Shown one piece after another: positions 26,431 to 32,000 of a stretch of 32,000 nt of DNA. Numbering within the stretch: position 1 is the stretch's first letter; each line of letters starts with the position of its first letter. Where the stretch lies: NCBI GenBank assembly GCA_025340205.1, contig CP006868.1, positions 510,001-542,000 of the forward strand, read 5' to 3'. The stretch is from Ignicoccus pacificus DSM 13166. Its GTDB lineage: Archaea; Thermoproteota; Thermoprotei_A; Sulfolobales; Ignicoccaceae. The notes under the pieces were generated by a model, which searched no databases, was not told where the DNA came from, and was given only the letters and a program-made list of their open reading frames with translations. The translations under genes were made by a program, and so were the position numbers.

Positions 26431-27355
26431 GGATCTCAGCCTCCACGAAGTTCTTGCTTATCTTCCTACCTAGGTAGAGCAAAACAGATCCCATCGCTAT
26501 TAGGATCACTATTAAGGCTGTTAGAGCTTCGCTGTGCGAGGGATTCATCATTGCTTCTTGGAACTCGTTAACAACTATGGAAGTTATCGTTGCTCCCCTG
26601 CACAGAAGGCAAGGCTTGAACGGTCCGACGGAGTTCCCTATGAGCATGGTAACTGCCATCGTCTCTCCCAGAGCCCTTCCAGCTGCTATTATCACTCCCG
26701 CCAGTATTGATGACTTTATGTAGGACAGGGTCATTTTTATTGCATCCCACTTGCTTCCTCCTAAGGCGTAAACAGCTTCAATCATGTCCTTGGGAGTCAT
26801 CTCGTAGGCGTTCCTTATTATCGCTGAAGCGTAGGGAGTTATCATCAGCGCTAGCACCAAGACGGCGGTCATGAAACACTGGGGAGTTATTGCATTAGTA
26901 GAGAATAATGTGGAGAGTAGTGGAACGCCGGAGAACGCCGACTGGAGGAGGGGGTACACCGTGGAGGCCAACAAGGGTCCGAATATCATCAATCCCCAAT
27001 AGCCGTAGACCACGCTCGGAATCGCGGCGATTAGGTCCACGAGTCCTCCAAAGAGTCCCCTGAGCCTTCGAGGGGAGAGGTCGCTGGCGAAGACCGCTAG
27101 GGAGACCGCTAGCGGCGTTGCTAGCAGCGTGGACCAGAAGGTCACCCAGAGGCTTCCTAGTATGAACTGGAGGCCCCCGAACTGATTCATCATGGGGCTC
27201 CAGTCCATTGAGGTGACGAGCTCGACTCCTCTCTTGAGGAGGAAGGTATAGCTGTTAGCTAAGAGGGGGAAGAGAACGACGAAGATAGCGGCTAATACTA
27301 AAACTCCTCCTATTCCTAGAAGCGCTAGCAGTCGTCGTTCCTTTATTCGAGTCAT
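26423..27355 (-). CDS. pstC: Phosphate ABC transporter permease PstC
   Basis: 310 aa; FILGSLWVTFWSTLLATPLAVSLAVFASDLSPRRLRG, VDLIAAIPSVVYGYWGL, AVYALGGSKWDAIKMTLSYIKSSILAGVIIAAGRALGETMAVTMLIGNS. Confidence 0.95.
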   Translation of the reverse strand: MTRIKERRLLALLGIGGVLVLAAIFVVLFPLLANSYTFLLKRGVELVTSMDWSPMMNQFGGLQFILGSLWVTFWSTLLATPLAVSLAVFASDLSPRRLRGLFGGLVDLIAAIPSVVYGYWGLMIFGPLLASTVYPLLQSAFSGVPLLSTLFSTNAITPQCFMTAVLVLALMITPYASAIIRNAYEMTPKDMIEAVYALGGSKWDAIKMTLSYIKSSILAGVIIAAGRALGETMAVTMLIGNSVGPFKPCLLCRGATITSIVVNEFQEAMMNPSHSEALTALIVILIAMGSVLLYLGRKISKNFVEAEIHA

Positions 27356-27404
27356 CTTTCCCGGTCGCCCCTTCGAGCAAGGGCTTAAGACTCTGTCTTC
27401 TGAG

Positions 27405-28019
27405 TTAGAGCACGAAAGCGAAGATCACTGAGACGCTGAACATAGCTATCCATAACATCATGTTGCCTCTGAACACCTTCGCTCCGTCGAGGGGATCCAA
27501 AGGCAACAAGTTGAAGACAGCTAGGTACCAATTGATTGAAGCTATCATGTAGAATGGAATGTATCCGGTTGTCATGTGGAGGAAGGTGAAGATCAAACCT
27601 ATTATTATGTTGCTCGCTGGCCCAGCGGCCGCTATCCAAGCCTCCGGGTTGGAGGTCTCTACTGGAAGTCCCATCCTAGCTCTTCTGTAAAGGTAAGGAC
27701 ATGTGAACATAACTGCCCCGGGCGCGGCGAATACGAACCTTCCCAAGGTTATTACGCCTAGGAACAAGGCGAGGGCCAAGCCCATTGGCCAGAGGACGTA
27801 CTCCGCCAAGCACCCAAACCTCTTCGCCACCTCTCTATGAGCGAGCTCGTGGAAGACGAAGCCTAGGCCAACGGCTACCATGCTCCAGAAGAAGTACTCT
27901 ACGTATCCATAAACCAAGAACCTTATCCCAAACGCTATGCTGAGGACTATCCAAGAGAGCAACAGTCCTTGGAGTCCATAAGTCCACTTGGAGGGGATCT
28001 GCGCCCTTGGAACGTACAT
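27405..28019 (-). CDS. Site-2 protease-type M50 membrane metallopeptidase
   Basis: HELAH zinc motif (27837-27851) in GLGFVFHELAHREVAKRFG, then AWIAAAGPASNIIIG and NLLPLDPLDGAKVF. Start trimmed from the track's 28100 to the internal ATG at 28019 (MYVPRAQIPSKW). Confidence 0.88.
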   Translation of the reverse strand: MYVPRAQIPSKWTYGLQGLLLSWIVLSIAFGIRFLVYGYVEYFFWSMVAVGLGFVFHELAHREVAKRFGCLAEYVLWPMGLALALFLGVITLGRFVFAAPGAVMFTCPYLYRRARMGLPVETSNPEAWIAAAGPASNIIIGLIFTFLHMTTGYIPFYMIASINWYLAVFNLLPLDPLDGAKVFRGNMMLWIAMFSVSVIFAFVL

Positions 28020-28126
28020 ACCCTTTGCCCCGCTTCCGAGGGGGCACCTCCAAATTAAGCGGTGTGGAAGGAAAGGGTCCGTGCCGGTCCACCTCTTCAC
28101 CTCTCAGACGCGGAGGTCACCTCTCC

Positions 28127-29197
28127 TCATCCCCTCCAGCAAGCCCCTCTAACCTTCAACGTGAAGGGTTCCCCTATCTTCCCCTCGAGCTCCAGCTCCG
28201 CCTCCGGCAATATCTTCTTCACTACGTGGACGTGAGTCCAGGCGTGCATAGTCAGCTTGGCCCCTCCCACCTCCGCCTCTCCGCAAGACAGGGCTAAGTA
28301 AGGGATTATCATGTCGCTCATGTGTCTGTCCAACGCTTTCTTCGTGGATAAGTCTTCAATCAGCTTCGTCGCTGCCTCCTCCCCGACCTTCTCCGCCGGC
28401 TTCCCCCTAGCTCCCAAGGAATCTCCTCCGAGCAAACTCCTCTCCGCTATCGCCCACAGCACTATTCCGCTCCCAGGACCCAAGTGAGGATCCCTTTCCC
28501 TAGGGTACCATTCCAAGTCTATTTGGACGTTCTCGTAACCGCTTCTCTTTAAGAGCTCCTCCGCTGCCCTCGCTTGCCTCTCCGCCACGTGCTTGGGAAG
28601 TCTGACGCAGTGGGAGAGACCCCTTATCTTGATCACCTCTCCTCTCTCCAGCTCCCCCCAAGGTCTGAGCATCCTAGGAGGGGATGGAACCTCGAACTCG
28701 ACTATCCCTCCTCCCTTTGGGTAGTGTCCTCTTCTCTTTAAGATAATGTTAATATCAGCCCCGAATTTGCTCAAGATGGGCTCAAACACGAAGCGGAGAT
28801 AGTCTATGGGAGGGCTCATCGGTACGTCCGTCCCTCCTCTCAACCACACCTTCACTGGTTCTGGGGCGAATAAGGCAGCTGGCGTTATCGCTTGGATTAC
28901 CAAGCTAACGCTTCCAGCGGTTCCTATGTCGAACCTATAATTGCCTCCTTTCAACCTCTTAGGGATAAACACCAATTCCTTGGAACCGACCTCAAGTCCC
29001 TTTACCTCCGCATCCGTCATCTCCGCCAACGCCTTAACTGCTGTGAAGTGCTGCCTCCTGAGACCGGGGTTCTTTCTTTTAGCCCTAATATTGAATATTC
29101 TGACTGGTCTTAAGGTGACAGCTGAGAGGGCTATGGAGGTCCTCAGTATTTGTCCTCCCCCTTCTCCGAAGGAGCCATCAATTTCTATGATCTTCAA
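28127..29197 (-). CDS. rtcA: RNA 3'-terminal phosphate cyclase
   Basis: 356 aa; [61 protein letters not shown], catalytic-His region [16 protein letters not shown]. Confidence 0.97.
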   Translation of the reverse strand: MKIIEIDGSFGEGGGQILRTSIALSAVTLRPVRIFNIRAKRKNPGLRRQHFTAVKALAEMTDAEVKGLEVGSKELVFIPKRLKGGNYRFDIGTAGSVSLVIQAITPAALFAPEPVKVWLRGGTDVPMSPPIDYLRFVFEPILSKFGADINIILKRRGHYPKGGGIVEFEVPSPPRMLRPWGELERGEVIKIRGLSHCVRLPKHVAERQARAAEELLKRSGYENVQIDLEWYPRERDPHLGPGSGIVLWAIAERSLLGGDSLGARGKPAEKVGEEAATKLIEDLSTKKALDRHMSDMIIPYLALSCGEAEVGGAKLTMHAWTHVHVVKKILPEAELELEGKIGEPFTLKVRGACWRG

Positions 29198-29288
29198 GCT
29201 ATCCCCGTGGGGACGGATTTATGCTTAGTTAAGAGCTCGAAGCCTCTATATTCTACCACGCAGGTAACAATCAAGGGATTGGAGAGAG

Positions 29289-29933
29289 TTGACGCTCGAG
29301 CCCTTGGCGATAGCCGGAGGTATCACGGGGGCGATAGAGGTCGCGGCCGGAATTGTAGCGATCCTCAACGCTAGAGACAAACTCTACAGCTGGCTCAAGC
29401 TCTTCGGAATAGGCGCCCTCCTCTTGGGCGTTGGCCAGATCGTGTGCAAGCTCATAGGTCATGGAATTCTTGGAACGCCGATCACGTTTGCGATAGGGAT
29501 ACCATTTAAGACTCTGGGACTTTCAATACTCATTTACTCAATACTCAAAGCAATAGATTTCCCATATATGAAGTTAGCGGTGGCGTTGATAGCCTTCTCA
29601 GCGATCTACTTTATGATAGGAAGCATATACTCCCTTGGCGTTACGGCTAGATATCATAATGCAGTACTCTTCGGCATCCCTCACCTCCTCTTCCTCACCG
29701 TATTGCCTTGGTTAACCGCGAGCGCCTTGTTCTACATATATAAGACCATGAAGGATAGGGGAGCCTTAACCTTCGGAATAGGTCTACTCCTCTATGGATT
29801 AGCTACTATTGTAATAATGTACTTGATATTCAAGGGAGCGAGTATGTTTGAAGCGATGACGTTAGGATTGGGACTGAGGGGTCTCGGAGTGGCGGTAATG
29901 CTCTTGGGCTTCTTCATTGCCGAAATGGAGTAA
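29289..29933 (+). CDS. Hypothetical multi-pass membrane protein
   Basis: 214 aa with about six to seven hydrophobic segments; TTG start at 29289. Confidence 0.75.
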   Translation: MTLEPLAIAGGITGAIEVAAGIVAILNARDKLYSWLKLFGIGALLLGVGQIVCKLIGHGILGTPITFAIGIPFKTLGLSILIYSILKAIDFPYMKLAVALIAFSAIYFMIGSIYSLGVTARYHNAVLFGIPHLLFLTVLPWLTASALFYIYKTMKDRGALTFGIGLLLYGLATIVIMYLIFKGASMFEAMTLGLGLRGLGVAVMLLGFFIAEME

Positions 29934-30022
29934 ACCATGATACCTCTTTCTCATTCCGGTAATACCAATTGAGAGAATAATATATTTACCACGGGAGCGT
30001 AAGTGAGGTAGGGGGCCGCCCG

Positions 30023-30661
30023 GTGAACGTCGCAGAGGCTAGAGCGAGAGAGTTCCTCGAAAGGTATGGCGAGAAGGGGGAGCTCGTCCTCCGGGCGGCC
30101 CTCGAGACCGCTGAGGAATATAGGAAGACCGGAAAGGACGTCCTTGGGGATTTCGATTACAAGGGTGTTGTGAGGAAGCTCAAGCTCTACGGTCTCGAAT
30201 ACAATCCCTCCCCTCTCCTTTCCAAGCTTGAGAAGGAGTACTCCCTAATTGAGACAACCTACAAGAGCTCGGGTCAGCACTGGTGGAGGTTCGTAGATGA
30301 GGAGTCCATAAGGCTGGCCCTCGAGGGAGATGACGAGGAGGAGCTGGAGGACCCAGAGGTAGCCGTACTGAAGGTCCAAATAGCAGCACTAGAGCTCGAT
30401 GAAGTAAAGGAAAGACTGCTAAAGATTTTGAACAAGAAGAAGATGAGCGTAGCTGACAAGAAGTGGTTCAAGAACTTCGCCTTCGAGACTTTACCTCTAA
30501 TAGCCCAAGTTGCTCAAAAGGTCCTCGAAGAGGGATATGAGGACGATCCAGAGCTCCTGGAGCCGGTGAGAGTTCTTCAGCTGGCGATGAAAGTTGCGAA
30601 GGTTGCGAAGGTAAAGGCAGTGAGAAAGTTAGAGCTACCGGCTTTGAAGGTCGAAGAGTGA
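30023..30661 (+). CDS. Hypothetical protein (212 aa), charged/helical
   Basis: Coding-like composition, GTG start with purine-rich upstream sequence. Confidence 0.75.
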   Translation: MNVAEARAREFLERYGEKGELVLRAALETAEEYRKTGKDVLGDFDYKGVVRKLKLYGLEYNPSPLLSKLEKEYSLIETTYKSSGQHWWRFVDEESIRLALEGDDEEELEDPEVAVLKVQIAALELDEVKERLLKILNKKKMSVADKKWFKNFAFETLPLIAQVAQKVLEEGYEDDPELLEPVRVLQLAMKVAKVAKVKAVRKLELPALKVEE

Positions 30662-30663
30662 AG

Positions 30664-30873
30664 CTAAGGGGATGAGAGGGTTCCTTGAGTAGCTTGCTGG
30701 GCGAGTAAGAGCCTCTGCTGCTCGACGGTCCACCATATGTTCATAAACCAAGCCATAACAGCTATTGTCATGAGGAATGTAATGAAGAGGAACAAGTTGA
30801 GGGGCGTTAGGTACTCGGCGATCAAGTCGGTGATCAAACCCTTCCGAAGCTTTCTCATCAGTTTCCCCACCAC
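30664..30873 (-). CDS. Small membrane protein (69 aa or shorter)
   Basis: One hydrophobic segment NLFLFITFLMTIAVMAWFMNIWW; converges on the 212-aa ORF with a 2-nt gap. Start may be the internal Met. Confidence 0.55.
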   Translation of the reverse strand: MVGKLMRKLRKGLITDLIAEYLTPLNLFLFITFLMTIAVMAWFMNIWWTVEQQRLLLAQQATQGTLSSP

Positions 30874-30930
30874 GCTCTAGCGCTGAATTACTTATTTTTT
30901 CAACAGCTCCCTTAAGCACCGGTAGAGGCT

Positions 30931-31542
30931 ATGGCTCTTCTGACTTTCAAAAACGTTGCTAAGAGGTACCTCTACGACTACGTAATTAAAGACTTCAACT
31001 TGGAGGTGGGGTATAGCGAAGTGGTGAGGCTCGAGGGACCTAACGGCTCCGGAAAGACTACCCTGCTGAAGCTCGCTGCTGGAATAGAAAGGCCGAGCGA
31101 GGGAGAGGTTCTGATCGAGGAACTCCCTCCGTGGCATCTAGAGAGCAAGAGGAAGATGGGAGTTGTAATGCACAATAACATGACTTATGCAGAGCTTACG
31201 GTAAGGGAGAACTTAGAATTCTTCGCTTCCCTTTATGGTGTTAATCTAGACGAAGCGATGAGGTTGAGCAAAGAAGTAGGTCTCGATAAAAGGATGGAAC
31301 AAAGGGCAGGGGAGCTGAGCTTCGGGTGGAGGAAGAGGTTAGAGCTGGTCAGAGCCCTAATGCACAATCCCAAGCTGATACTCCTCGACGAGCCCTTCGT
31401 AGGCCTCGATACTCCGGGTAAGGAAGCATTGCTCAAGCTACTAAGGGAAGCCTTGAGGAAGGGATCCACTGTGGTTTACACGGCTCCGGTTGGATCCGAG
31501 GGGAGGGTAAGCGAGGAAGAAAAAGTAGTTAGGTTAGTATAG
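30931..31542 (+). CDS. ABC transporter ATP-binding protein, short CcmA-like
   Basis: 203 aa; LEGPNGSGKTTLLKLAAGIERPSEGEV, LSFGWRKRLELVRALMHNPKLILLDEPFVGLD. Confidence 0.9.
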   Translation: MALLTFKNVAKRYLYDYVIKDFNLEVGYSEVVRLEGPNGSGKTTLLKLAAGIERPSEGEVLIEELPPWHLESKRKMGVVMHNNMTYAELTVRENLEFFASLYGVNLDEAMRLSKEVGLDKRMEQRAGELSFGWRKRLELVRALMHNPKLILLDEPFVGLDTPGKEALLKLLREALRKGSTVVYTAPVGSEGRVSEEEKVVRLV

Positions 31543-31543
31543 C

Positions 31544-31732
31544 TCACTCTCCTGAATTATCAGCCATGGCTTCGGCTATGGTATCAAAGAGCTCCCTCAA
31601 AAGAGTCCTAATCAATTGCTTACAACGCTCGTCCTTAGGATTCTCACAACCCACTTTGTCCCAGTCGATAGTCACCTCTATCCCAACCCTCACGCCTTCC
31701 CACTCGTCTTGGAGACGGTGGACCTCTCTCAC
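31544..31732 (-). CDS. Small hypothetical protein (62 aa)
   Basis: GTG start preceded by GGAGAGAA; charged sequence MREVHRLQDEWEGVRVGIEVTIDWDKVGCENPKDERCKQLIRTLLRELFDTIAEAMADNSGE; fits the gap between neighbours. Confidence 0.5.
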   Translation of the reverse strand: MREVHRLQDEWEGVRVGIEVTIDWDKVGCENPKDERCKQLIRTLLRELFDTIAEAMADNSGE

Positions 31733-31816
31733 TTCTCTCCGCCACTACTTGCTCTGCATTTGAGAATTTTTATATTCAGTCTCTCTATCCATATAGGAGA
31801 ATGGAGAGAAAGATAT

Positions 31817-32000
31817 TTAATGTTGTTGACCCTCCTTTTTCAATTCCCTTACCGCCTCAGCTATCGCCTCAAGACCGTAACTGAGCTCATTTAGTGGTGC
31901 GGAGTAGCTTATCCTCAAGGAATCCCATCCGTATTTCTCGGAGAACACCTTACCCGGTATCGTTATCACGCCCTTCTCGGCGAGCTTTAGGGCCAACTTC
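31817..32000 (-). CDS. C-terminal fragment of a class I/II PLP-dependent aminotransferase (truncated by window edge)
   Basis: Reverse strand reads ...LALKLAEKGVITIPGKVFSEKYGWDSLRISYSAPLNELSYGLEAIAEAVRELKKEGQQH*, matching 'GV...PG..F......LRIS(Y/F)A......L.EA..R(L/I)'. Confidence 0.75.
   Translation of the reverse strand, partial: KLALKLAEKGVITIPGKVFSEKYGWDSLRISYSAPLNELSYGLEAIAEAVRELKKEGQQH

Noticed and set aside
28020-28100. Track start of the M50 protease at 28100
   Set aside because: The first 27 residues (MKRWTGTDPFLPHRLIWRCPLGSGAKG) look non-native; the ATG at 28019 begins the more plausible MYVPRAQIPSKW.
28007-28297. 96-aa + strand ORF over the rtcA end and the M50 upstream region, plus other shadow ORFs over rtcA (28892..29113, 28941..29228)
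   Set aside because: Antisense shadows of rtcA; no recognisable domain.
1-32000. Insertion sequences or transposases
   Set aside because: No transposase or integrase ORF and no IS-like terminal inverted repeats were recognised anywhere in the window.

Overview
The 32 kb window looks like a hyperthermophilic crenarchaeon (Desulfurococcales/Ignicoccus-like; inferred from protein style, not searched). Housekeeping and transport content on solid motif evidence: argS, a PurM/AIR-synthase-like protein, a ProC-like reductase, a DppB/DppC-type permease pair, pstC-pstA-pstB, a site-2-type M50 protease, rtcA, a CcmA-like ABC ATPase and the C-terminus of a PLP aminotransferase. Two regions stand out. 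(1) 231-10714 (- strand): a surface-protein cluster with two small type-IV-pilin-like proteins followed by one uninterrupted 3063-aa ORF. That ORF has a pilin-like N-terminus, duplicated DUF2341-like modules, two apparently paralogous L-type-lectin-like segments and several Cys-x-Cys clusters, and suggests a giant pilus-associated adhesin. A small RHH regulator is divergently encoded. (2) 17345-20466: an AT-rich island carrying an SMC/OLD-like AAA ATPase gene with non-canonical catalytic positions, coupled to a gene whose protein has TOPRIM-like EGxxD and DxD motifs. It is preceded by a GC-rich, foldable ~120-nt segment and a compact direct/inverted repeat element. Region 2 is the best candidate for an undescribed defence-like system (split OLD/PARIS-like logic). 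No CRISPR array, rRNA or tRNA was recognised.
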